Source: Alloascoidea hylecoeti
Taxonomy: Eukaryota
DNA: 64,000 bases
Assembly (NCBI GenBank): GCA_001600815.1
Contig: BCKZ01000020.1
Coordinates: forward strand, 336,831-400,830
Direction of reading: 5' to 3'
Shown: piece by piece, positions 25,101-40,424 of the stretch
Position numbering within the stretch: position 1 is the first letter of the stretch
Layout: every line of letters starts with the position of its first letter
Notes under the pieces: model-generated
Told to the model about the DNA's origin: nothing
Seen by the model: the letters and a program-made list of their open reading frames with translations, nothing else
Databases searched by the model: none
Made by a program: the position numbers and the translations under genes

Positions 25101-26129
25101 CTTCTCTTTTTTTCTCTTAATAGCAGCGGCAGCCTTATCAGCTTCCTCCTGCTGCTGTTTTTGTAATAGGGCAATTCTTTCCTTTAGACTCAATTTAGGG
25201 CCTTCATCCGCTTGATCTGCTTCCGAAGTTAGTGCTACAGGAGGTGGAGGTGGCGACATTGATCTTGGTAATTCGAAATTCCGTTTATTAATATGTGAAA
25301 TATCATGTGGAGCTTGTGGAACATAGGAAGATGGTGCTGCAGCAATGAAAGGCTTTCTAACAAAGGATTGTGGCTTAGGGGCAATCTTAGGAACTGGTGC
25401 ATCCCCGGCCTTGTTAAAAGCGGCAATTCTATCCAAAAATGCATTTTTCTTTTTAGGAACAGGTTTTGGACCTTTTTTAGCTTCATGCTGTGGTGTAGAT
25501 AATGAAGTTTGAGGAATCAAAGGTGGAGGGGAAGGTGATTTCTGTTCTTGTTGAGGGGGGATAGAAGGTATTGGGGCCGGAGGTTTAGCGGAAACAATTT
25601 TTGGTGCTTCTTGCTTTGGAGAAATAGGTTTTGGTATAGATGGAACTGGAGCTGGCGGCGAAGGAACAATGTGAGCTGGTTGAACCGGAGATTCTACCTC
25701 ATCCTCGGCCCAGGCAGAGCCTTCAGAATCCGAATCGTCTTTATGAGCAGCTAGTACCGAATTAAGTCCGGAGCCAATAGGTTTGCTTTGTGAGATCTCC
25801 GATATGGCTGGAGCTGGAGCTGTATATTTTGGAGACTTGGGAACTTGAGTTGAGGGTGTATCGGAAGACGCGGTAGAACTATCTTGTCTGGTTGGTCTTT
25901 GGGGAATCTGAGGAACAGGGGAGGGAGGCAATATTTCAACGAAGTTCTTGGGAAACATTCCCTCGTTCTGCACACCCAATGAATTGGTATATGACCCAGT
26001 GTACCATTCCTCATCCTCAACTACCTTGACAGTGATGATTTGATTAGCACTGAAAGGCAAATCATCCGGATGGTCTGAGACATAGTCATACAGGGCTTTC
26101 ACTTGAAAAGGAGTATGGGGTTCTGACAT
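22189..26129 (-). CDS. BBC1: Myosin tail-interacting SH3 protein Bbc1/Mti1; exons 26129-24269, 24174-24028, 23945-22189
   Basis: N-terminal SH3 (FQVKALYDY..EGMFPKNFVE), FLDRIAAFN, LSLKERIALLQKQQ, RKLALRDRMAKISG, Pro-rich core, and C-terminal domain ending IFRLVGRDYVDW. Two phase-1 introns join three ORF-track pieces. Confidence 0.88.
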
Positions 26130-26813
26130 TATTTGAAGTGTGAACAAAGATCTTAGGCTGGTAAGGATACAATTAAGACCAGTGAGTTCATTCAAGTGTC
26201 TTGAAACACGAAATAAAGGTTAAATGTGGAGATGGAGAAGGATGTTTAAGATTTAGAACACGTTAGATTAGTTAGTGAGATCACTACCAGGCGATAGGGT
26301 AACTTTAATCCCCTCGCCTTCAGCATAGCCCTCTGTAGGAGATGTTGAGGTACTATCCACAAGCCCTCCTAACAGACATGTTTTCTTTAATTTTCTTCTT
26401 ATTGGGAGAGTCAGTATGGGCATTAATGATAAGGGCTTCATTCTAGTACGTCTGTAAGAGCTACGCTTTAAACCAAGTGAGGATATTGGATGTGGTAGAG
26501 AATGTGAGCCACCAATTTGTAGTTATAGGAGAAGAAATAGGGTAGGAGTATAATTTAATGATAATTGTAACGTCATGATTTTTGCACAACAGCTTTCATA
26601 TACGTATAAGAGATATAGGATGACTTTCATTGAGTTTGGACTATTATGAACTCATCGTAAATTTGTAAACTCCTTTCTCCCTTCATAATCCGTGAAAATG
26701 GTGAAAAGAAAAAAAACTTAAGGCCTCTTGCATCAGGGGCAAAGGGACTAGAATCGTCACAGTTTTGAGCAAATGGCGCTTTAGTCGGATACATCAACTT
26801 CAAAGTTTTACTG

Positions 26814-27250
26814 CGGTATGGCCGTTCAACATTTGATTTCAGAAGGAATGGTAGACACTCTTCGATGGTGAAAAACGAATACCAATTGCTTAAGAATGTA
26901 GAGGAGGCTCAACTTACCGATTCACCGGTTTATTGGCTATAATGGGTGTGGAGACTGATATGGAAGCGTGGTATCACATGGTGGATGAAGCGCTTGACCA
27001 CCAAATGAAATTCCAACAGAAACTATATGAATTCAAAATGGATTTGGAGTTTTCTTGATAGAAATCCACGGATACTAAATCTCAAGGATCCCGCATTGGA
27101 TGGATACTGACTTCTCGAGATCTGCACCTATATGAGATGATCTTAAACCTTGGCATGAGACTCTTGAAGGTTTAATTAACACATCACTCGAAATCAATTG
27201 AAATTCATAATGTTGATGAAACTGGATTTTACACTGGTGAAGCAGCACAG
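26814..27250 (+). mobile_element. Degenerate pogo/Fot1 (Tc1/mariner superfamily) transposase, N-terminal part
   Basis: Pieces in the expected order: RYGRSTFDFRRNGRHS..QLLKNVEEAQL (HTH_psq-like), SKWIWSFLDRNP (CENP-B HTH), and EIHNVDETGF (first catalytic D motif, 27209-27229). Contains stops and frameshifts. Confidence 0.75.
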
Positions 27251-27784
27251 TTGGAAACTTTTATGCTGTGTGCCAAGCAGCCAATACGACCGCAATTTGA
27301 TTTCTATAGTAGAGTAATAGTATTATAATAATCCAATAATAGTAATTAATTGACCAGCTATTAATATATCAGATGAATTTTCTTAAACTTTCAAGAAATC
27401 CTCTCTTTTTATCTAAAACTCACATAACTTGTATAACTATTTATAATCCGTAATTCACCATTTCACATGTTATCTCACTTTTTTATATCTTACTTTTCTG
27501 TTCTTAAATTTCATTCTCTAATGGAATAATTGGTGGTTTCCTGTTTCAACATTAATCTATGCAACAGCGTCCTGATATAACACTAATGTTTAATTAAAAG
27601 CTTGCCAGCTATCAGTTAGTTTTCTGAGGAACGCGTAGTGGTACTACAGAATGCTCATACCCGATCAGGTAATGATTAATATGCAGTTATTGTGCACAAC
27701 CAAAAATAAAAATAAAAATAAAAATAAAAAAATAAACATATAAATATAGGCGCTTCAGCTTGAATATATTTCTACTTTATCATA

Positions 27785-27952
27785 ATGACTCAATTGAATG
27801 ATCTTCCACCTGAAATTATTCAGCTTATTATTTATGACTTATCATTTTCCGATGCTTTGCATTTTCATGAAACATGTATCAAATATTATCACGCTGTTGA
27901 AATGACTTTCTCCAATCAATTAAAAACGTCATTTATTGGTATACTTAAATAG
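27785..27952 (+). CDS. 55-aa F-box-only small ORF, or a truncated F-box gene
   Basis: MTQLNDLPPEIIQLIIYDLSFSDALHFHETCIKYY.. matches the F-box pattern LxDLPxEIxxxI..L...D......C. TATAAAT at 27739. Confidence 0.55.
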   Translation: MTQLNDLPPEIIQLIIYDLSFSDALHFHETCIKYYHAVEMTFSNQLKTSFIGILK

Positions 27953-28480
27953 ATATAAGTTATATAAGTTACATGTGTAAAAACAAAAATATATAATTCT
28001 AATACTTGTTTGGTTTAAATTTATGGTAGGTATGTAGTGATAACCATGAAGCAGTCATATCGTACTACGTAGTACGTACAAGATTGTAAATTATCCAGTG
28101 ATCATGAAGTCAGGAAGTCTCGTGCAAAAATATATAAAAAAAAAACGTTATTTAGTTCTTTTTATAGAATTTCACTGAATAAATTACTATTTGTGACACT
28201 AAATGAAACACTCAAACATTAACTACATTAATATTTTCATTGATTCAGGCTCAGAATCAACATTTATCATATAGTGACATACACCCAGGTCCAATTAGTT
28301 TTACAATTGATATGAACAGTTTTTTACTTTTAATATTTATTAAACTCTTTTTCATTCTTATAATTACAATTATAATTATTAATTAGGGTGAATTATAGTT
28401 TTGTTATAGCTATTTATAAGCTTATAAGTTTGTGACCAGCTTTACATTGTGAAAATTGTACCTGTACTCGTCCCAGGGGT

Positions 28481-30427
28481 TTAAAGACGAGATGCTCCTT
28501 GACCATTTCCTTGAGAAAATCTAAATTTGTTGATATCTGGGAACAAAATTTGATAACTTTTACTTGTGGAAATGGATACATTTTTGTTTACTGGGATATC
28601 CTCCTTATTGGTACTTGATGGCTTGAAAGTTTTGATATAATCAGCCCAATATTCCAAAGTTGTAAAATCATTTTCAACAACGATATTATAATTTAATCCA
28701 AATTTTGGTTTGAAATTATTAGAATCTCTTTTAATTATATTAGATATAGTTAAGTCAACTAATAGTTTCAAAATCACAAGTGCAGCAAGTTGTAATGTGA
28801 AGTCTCTAGCATATTCAATTGGAATATTTAACTTTTTCTCATCATCAGTCCCAAATAGGTCATTAATTTTGTCTTTAATCAAATGTTTATATTTTGTAAA
28901 AGAATTATCTGCTACAACAGAACTACTAGATGACTTTAGAAATTTAATGAATGATTTCCTAATTGGTAACTTGTACTGTAAAGTTGCAACAACATCTCGA
29001 CTTAATACATTTGTGGTTCCTTCCCATATTGTATTAACCTGGCAATCAGTTATTAATCTACCCATATTCATTTCAATATCATGGGTCAAGTATCCTATCC
29101 CACCCAGAGCTTCCATACATTCGTAGCATCCAGGAACCGATAGTTTACAGTTAATCGCTTTTGCCAAAGCAGGTAGAATTCTCAATAAGTTCTTAGTGTT
29201 TTTATCAACATTGGGAGTACATTCTTCAGCACCCACTAAAATTGCAGTATGACAAGCAAGTGTCAATAAACCATGAATTTTGGATTCTTCTCGTGCTAAT
29301 GTTTTTAAATGAAGAGGGTTTTCACTCAGACTTTCTCCAAATACATATCTTTGTAAAGAATAATTTTTAGCAATTTGTAAAGCACGATGGAAATAGCCCA
29401 CACTCCCAAAAGCAGAATGTAATCTAGTTATATTTAAAACTGTCGCAATTGTTTTGACACCTTCACCTTTTAAACCGATTGATTGAGCTTTTAATCCCTT
29501 TAATTCTAACTCTGCAGTTGGTAATGCTTTTGTACCCCATTTCTTTTTTAGACGAGATAAGATAACAGTATCATTGTCAGCATGAATATGTCCCAAAAAG
29601 CAACCAATTGGAGGTACATTATATCTATCAGTTGAGTTTTTGTTTTTAAGGGTAATTGTTTTGGAGTTTGGCAATGTTGTATCTCGTGCAAGAATTAGGG
29701 AAACTTGAGAGTCTGTAGCACTTGAGAAGAACTTAAATCCATTAAGTTTATAATCAGCTATAACATTGGCCTTAGATCCATCACCAATTTTAATTATGGA
29801 GTCTGATTTGAAAGCGAATGATTCATTATTAGATACATCAGAACCCCCAGTTCTTTCTGTCATCCATTGGCCACTAGTCCAAGCATAATCAGGATCATTA
29901 CTTGTAACTCTATAATAAACGGGATTAATTTCCTCTCTATTATTCATTTCTTTATCCAATTCCAAAGCTCTTGCACATCCATCAGTCATACTAAGGGGAC
30001 AACAAACCATTGCGGAAGAAGAAGTATATAAGAAATGTTTAATCATATGATAAAAACGACTGTATATCCCTTGATCTCGCTTATAAGCAATCGATATTAA
30101 GCCTTCTTTAATTCCAATTCTTTTCAATTCTTGCCAACCAAGGGAAGTAATTAGTTTATTTGTTTGATTTGTGAAGACATCAGAATGTTTAATATAGGGA
30201 ACTTCATCAGCAGAGTTTTCAGCATCTGCCACCAATTCCATAATTCGTGGACCAACTACCAAATCTCCAAAACGGACTAAGTCAGGAATAATTGAGTCAG
30301 AGATGTCATCGGGTAAGAAATGAGAAATCAGCTCATGGAGGAATGGATCGGATGTGAATTGATTTGGTAAATGAAAAGGCAGTTGTTTAAAACCTTTATT
30401 TATTCCGGCAGATGGATATTCTGACAT
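28481..30427 (-). CDS. AidB-like acyl-CoA dehydrogenase with peroxisomal PTS1
   Basis: CPLSMTDG, WTSGQWMTERTGGSDV, GFKFFSSA, RLKKKWGTKALPTAELEL, CMEALGGIGY and VNTIWEGTTNVL. Ends in -SRL. Confidence 0.88.
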   Translation of the reverse strand: MSEYPSAGINKGFKQLPFHLPNQFTSDPFLHELISHFLPDDISDSIIPDLVRFGDLVVGPRIMELVADAENSADEVPYIKHSDVFTNQTNKLITSLGWQELKRIGIKEGLISIAYKRDQGIYSRFYHMIKHFLYTSSSAMVCCPLSMTDGCARALELDKEMNNREEINPVYYRVTSNDPDYAWTSGQWMTERTGGSDVSNNESFAFKSDSIIKIGDGSKANVIADYKLNGFKFFSSATDSQVSLILARDTTLPNSKTITLKNKNSTDRYNVPPIGCFLGHIHADNDTVILSRLKKKWGTKALPTAELELKGLKAQSIGLKGEGVKTIATVLNITRLHSAFGSVGYFHRALQIAKNYSLQRYVFGESLSENPLHLKTLAREESKIHGLLTLACHTAILVGAEECTPNVDKNTKNLLRILPALAKAINCKLSVPGCYECMEALGGIGYLTHDIEMNMGRLITDCQVNTIWEGTTNVLSRDVVATLQYKLPIRKSFIKFLKSSSSSVVADNSFTKYKHLIKDKINDLFGTDDEKKLNIPIEYARDFTLQLAALVILKLLVDLTISNIIKRDSNNFKPKFGLNYNIVVENDFTTLEYWADYIKTFKPSSTNKEDIPVNKNVSISTSKSYQILFPDINKFRFSQGNGQGASRL

Positions 30428-30481
30428 TTTAATACTAATATGACGATTGATATCGGCATTTACGTCTTAATATATAGACTG

Positions 30482-30507
30482 AATTAATTGTGGGGGTAAA
30501 GGCGGGG
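30482..30507. promoter_or_regulatory. Putative Mig1/CreA glucose-repression sites
   Basis: AATTAATT-GTGGGG and GCGGGG (SYGGRG with an AT-rich flank), 55-80 bp upstream of the dehydrogenase ATG and next to a TATATA. Confidence 0.35.
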
Positions 30508-31100
30508 AAAAAGAAAGTGTAGTAGTAAACCTTTCACGGACACAACCCCTCCGCTTTAATTTATATGAGATAGGCCTATGCATTAAAACATCAGTACGTT
30601 ACTACACTTATTGTAAGTAAATGTAAAAGTTGCCCTCCAATTTGAAAGACATGAAAGTGTTAATTGTATGCCACTCCATCCCAGCCAGGACTACTTCCTG
30701 TATATACAATAACGAACTATAATCAGAAAATACTAAATAATTGACCATTTTGATGAAAGGTTCCTGGTTTCAGTCTTTTTCAAGGAGTTGTTGCTATATT
30801 CATTTACGCGTTGAACCTACAGTTGAAGCTGAAATATTAAACCTTCTGGTTATTTCAGCAATAGAAGCCATTTTTACTCATATTGAAAATGTTAATTCGC
30901 CTAGCTGATTGCGAATGCTTTTTAGAATTAAAATTACATGAAATTTAGCTTAGCGAAATTCTAGAACTCATTCTATGTAAGTTATATTGGGTTTCTTTTT
31001 TAGAGTCAGAAAAAGATGTTCAATATTTCATTTTTCACGACTGTAAACATCTTCAGTTTCCATTATAATGTTAGTTAGAAAAACTTAAACAGAAGAATCA

Positions 31101-36131
<5,031 letters not shown>

Positions 36132-36257
36132 TTAATTTGGTTTAAATATTGCTAGTTGTGATATCTCAAGTCAAATAGTATGCGGTACGGGTGTTGATGT
36201 CTTTAAACCTTCGTCTATGAAATATATTTATTCATTATTCACCATCGATACTTTAAT
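36132..36257. promoter_or_regulatory. 126-bp bidirectional promoter between GCN2 and MRE11
   Basis: Divergent start codons at 36131 and 36258. Confidence 0.6.
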
Positions 36258-38734
36258 ATGGCCCTTAAAGGAGATATTGAGAAAGGTATATACATCTATA
36301 AATATACTTATATATCACCGAATCTAACTATGTTTATTTCTTTTTTAAAGGACCTGATACAATTCGTATTTTCATTACAACTGATAATCATGTGGGATAC
36401 GCAGAACAGGATCCAATTCGAGGAAACGACTCATGGATAACTTTTGAAGAAATAATGAAAACTGCAAAAGAATCTGATGTTGATATGATTTTACAAGCTG
36501 GGGATTTATTCCACATAAATAAACCATCTAAACAGTCTTTGTTTCACACTATTCGAATTTTGAAAAAAGCATGTCTGGGAGATAAACCTTGTGAACTTGA
36601 GTTATTGAGTGATGCCAGCCAAGCTTTAGATGATATTATAGATCATGTCAATTATGAAGACTTTGATATCAATATTGGTATTCCTATGTTTTCGATTGCA
36701 GGGAACCATGATGATGCTAGTGGTGTAAGTTTCCCCATGTATTTCATTCATAGTTGTAACATAACCACTAACTAAGTCTGAAAATCATAGGGTTCTCATC
36801 TTACTCCAATGGATATATTATCAGCAACCGGGTTTTTGAATCACTTTGGTCGCGTCCAACAAAATGATAACATTGAAATAACTCCTTTGTTATTTCAAAA
36901 GGGTTATACAAAATTGGCATTATATGGACTTGCAAATGTACGAGATGAACGTTTATTTAGGACGTTTCGAGATAGAAATGTTAAATTTCTTCGCCCAAGT
37001 ATTCAACAAAATGAATGGTTTAGCTTAATGGCAGTCCATCAAAATCGAAACCCACATTCAGAAACAGATTATTTACCTGAAAATTTTCTTCCAGATTTCC
37101 TTAATCTGATAATATGGGGCCATGAACATGAATGTAGAATTGACCCAGAAGCAAATTCGGCCACAGGCTTCGATGTTATTCAACCTGGTAGTTCAATTGC
37201 TACATCATTATGTCAAGCTGAAGCAAAAGATAAATTTAACTGCATCTTATCTATTAATAAGAATGATTACGCAGTTGAAAAAGTTAGGCTGAAAACAGTC
37301 CGACCATTTATGATGGAGGATATTGTCCTATCTCGAGATTCTACAATCCCAAAGGATACAAATAATACAAAAGCACAAGTTACTGCATTTTTAATAGAGA
37401 GAGTGGAGCAACTAATTGATGAAGCAAAAAGAAAGTGGATTAATGCACAACAATTCGAAGATGATCAAGAAATTAGTACTGATGACCCTAAAATTCCTCT
37501 ACCACTTATTCGAATAACAGTTGAATATACTGGATATGAAGTGGAAAATCCTCGACGATTTTCTAATCGATTTGTAGGATCAGTTGCCAATGTAAATGAT
37601 GTTGTTCAATTTTATAAAAAGCGTACATATGCACAAGGCGCTAAAAGAGGAAAATCCGTTGAAAATGGAGAGTTGGAAATTGTGGAAACGACAGCTGATA
37701 AAATCAGCATCGAGGATTTATTGGATGGGTATTTAAAGCAAGAGGAATTAGAGCTGTTCCCTGAGAATGGTTTTAATGAAGCAGTCAAAAATTTCGTCGA
37801 AAAAGAGGACAAGACTGCATTGAAAACGTAAATATTTTTCTCTCGTTGAAACTGATTTTTTTTACTAACTCATTATACTATTGAATCTAGGTTTATTGAT
37901 GGATCTCTGGAAACTCAGGTCTCACAATTAATTACTGCTAATGTGGATATAGATGATCTTGTTGAAGCTATGAAGACTCAAAAAAATCAATTATCTCAAA
38001 TGTCAGTTGCGAAAATTAAGCCAAAATCTAAATCTAAATCTACCCGGATTATTTCAAAATCAAAACCTAAATCTACTACAACAACCACGAGGAAAAGTAC
38101 AAGAAGCTCAACAATCGTCGAATCTGAGGATTCTTCTGATAGTATGGAGATACCAGAACCAGCCCCATCTCGATCCAATAAGAGGCAACCAACAACAAGG
38201 ACCACTAGAACACGAAAACAACCAAAACCTGTATCACCGGAAATAGAGTCCGATTCTGATGAGATTCTTGAAGATGATGACGCCTTTGAGGAAGTGCCCA
38301 GGACAACCAGAAGGTAAGCTTTTTTGTTCTTTTACCAAAAGCTAAGATACTAGTTGAAGTTTTATTGCAAAGACATCTGCAAACTCCTAAATAATTGTTT
38401 TATCAACTCACTAATATCATTATATTTAGAGCCGTTGGAAGAAGAGGTAAAACAACTTTGGAGCCATCCCCTGCTCCATCAAGGGCTAGTGGAAGAGGTC
38501 GGGGCCACAAATCAAATACCACTACAAAGTCTAGAACTCGACCCATGGTTGCAAGCAGCTCCAGAGCCGCTACACCAGCAAATGACAAGTCACAATCTTC
38601 AGCACCACAGCGGGTATGTTTCTACTTTTTTAATCTATCGCTAAAATATACTGTTGTATACATTCACTAACAATAAATATAAATACTTATAGAGGATTGA
38701 AATAATTAATTCTTCTGAAGATGATTTTGAATAA
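36258..38734 (+). CDS. MRE11: Mre11 nuclease; exons 36258-36285, 36351-36724, 36791-37827, 37891-38313, 38430-38613, 38693-38734
   Basis: [39 protein letters not shown] and [12 protein letters not shown]. Five GT-AG introns with CTAAC/CTAAT branch sites restore a single frame. The last two exons are less certain. Confidence 0.93.
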
Positions 38735-39088
38735 AGTTACCTTCAACCATATATATTAATATCCCCTACATACATGTAACTCTGCATATATTTTACAGAT
38801 TTAAATTTCAAAAGTAGATCTCCTAAACTTCTTTGCAATTGCTTATGGTGATGGAAACTTAAGATCGTATATTGTCAGAAGCCTCAAGGATCCATCGCCG
38901 TTAGCCATCTTGAGAATTGAAAGTTATCAAAATGATTGAACTATGGCCACGCGTATGATACACATGCAATGTCATACCAGTATAACGAACAAGATTTAAT
39001 GAAAATAGGTAAACCATATAGCAAGGCAATCATTTGAAACCTTCATTTCATTAGTATGGAGGGTTATTTATATAATTTATATCAAATC

Positions 39089-40222
39089 TCATGTTATTCT
39101 CACCATATTCCCGTATTTTCTGAGATCCTCACGTTCAAAATCGCTTAATACCAACTGCTTAAACCCTAACAGAACAATACTCTCTATCTGAGATCCCAAT
39201 ATGCTATATACCATCATTGGTGTAGAGGCATCTCTACGATAAGTTTTTTTAGGTTTCTCAACTTTAGGGATAACAAGTAAAAGTGATCTAATTGATTTAA
39301 AATAATTTAAAATCATACCAACTTGATTAGCAAAATTAGCAGCGTAATTAACACGAAATCTAGTGAATAAAATACTCAATTTCTCAATTTGAGGCAATTC
39401 TTTCGACTCTGCATTTCTCAAGGACGCAAAATGGCAATCAATAAGTGAAAGTTGTTTCAATTGTTCAAACTTTAATGGCACTAAACTTGCCAAAAAATTG
39501 AAGGGGAGTTTAAAACCTCTTAACCCCAACGAAGATAATTGGGGAAATCTGTTGAGGAAGTTGAGCGGTAATATATCAGCTGTTGGAAGATCATCGAATA
39601 TAACTTCCCTCTGTTTGAGATAGTGCTTGTGTTTGTATCTTTTATTTATTGTTGAAATTCCAGCAATTGAAACTAAGCGAAGGTAACGAATGCTATTAGC
39701 GGTAACAATTGTTAAGCCTTGAGAGCTCATTAATTGTAAATCCTCAAAACTAATTATTTCAGATTTTCTCTTAGAAGTACAAAATATTGTTATACTTAAT
39801 TCTTTAACATTAGGACAATATTGCAACATATCCCAAAAGTTCGCAAAATCTATATTGCAACTATTCCCATTGACATAAATATCAATTGAAACAATTGAAT
39901 TCCCATGTTTCTTTAAAAATGAACCTTTATCTTGAGAAATTAATTTCTTTATTGAATGTTGTATATCAATAGTAATTTTATTTAAAGCTAATGATACCAA
40001 TACACCTCTATATTTCTTTGAAACAGAACTATAATTTATGAGATCTGAACGTGACAGAAAAGAAGATATATGAATTACAGTCTTTTGGAACAAATTTTCG
40101 TTCCATTGAAAAAACCTTTCACTTGGTGTCCAACGTGTAGAAGAATGTAGTTTCTTGATGTACTTAAAAAGATCAAACTTATAAGAGTTAACATCGGTGT
40201 TCACACCCACACTTGAAAACAT
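39089..40222 (-). CDS. Uncharacterised F-box/LRR-like protein
   Basis: IHISSFLSRSDLINYSSVSKKYR is F-box-like. It is followed by LRR-like repeats (CPNVKELSI, FPQLSSLGL, LKQLSLIDC, IEKLSI). Confidence 0.6.
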   Translation of the reverse strand: MFSSVGVNTDVNSYKFDLFKYIKKLHSSTRWTPSERFFQWNENLFQKTVIHISSFLSRSDLINYSSVSKKYRGVLVSLALNKITIDIQHSIKKLISQDKGSFLKKHGNSIVSIDIYVNGNSCNIDFANFWDMLQYCPNVKELSITIFCTSKRKSEIISFEDLQLMSSQGLTIVTANSIRYLRLVSIAGISTINKRYKHKHYLKQREVIFDDLPTADILPLNFLNRFPQLSSLGLRGFKLPFNFLASLVPLKFEQLKQLSLIDCHFASLRNAESKELPQIEKLSILFTRFRVNYAANFANQVGMILNYFKSIRSLLLVIPKVEKPKKTYRRDASTPMMVYSILGSQIESIVLLGFKQLVLSDFEREDLRKYGNMVRIT

Positions 40223-40424
40223 TTAATTGAAGAGCATGGTACTAAAAAAGTGATTTCAACATTTATATATTTTTTTATAATTCTTCATGAATCATTGGAT
40301 GGATACGTGATTGGTGCCATATAATGGAGTGTAGCAAAATAGGCAATTGCAAGATGTAGTGGCAAACACCCAAACCTCTCACAAAACCAAATCTCTGGAT
40401 CCTCCAAATTTCAAAGTATCTAAA

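Noticed and set aside
26405..26530. U3 or U4 RNA gene suggested by AGTGAGGAT and AAGAGCTAC
   Set aside because: Lacks U3 box A/A' and the U4 5' U6-pairing sequence; the matches are too short.
28061..28076. Perfect 16-bp palindrome CGTACTACGTAGTACG as a transposon end or footprint
   Set aside because: No partner TIR could be linked to the pogo relic, so no function can be supported.
36575..37291. Alternative yeast genetic code (CUG=Ser/Ala)
   Set aside because: CTG at 36575, 37106 and 37289 falls at conserved hydrophobic/Leu positions of Mre11 ([24 protein letters not shown]), supporting CUG=Leu.
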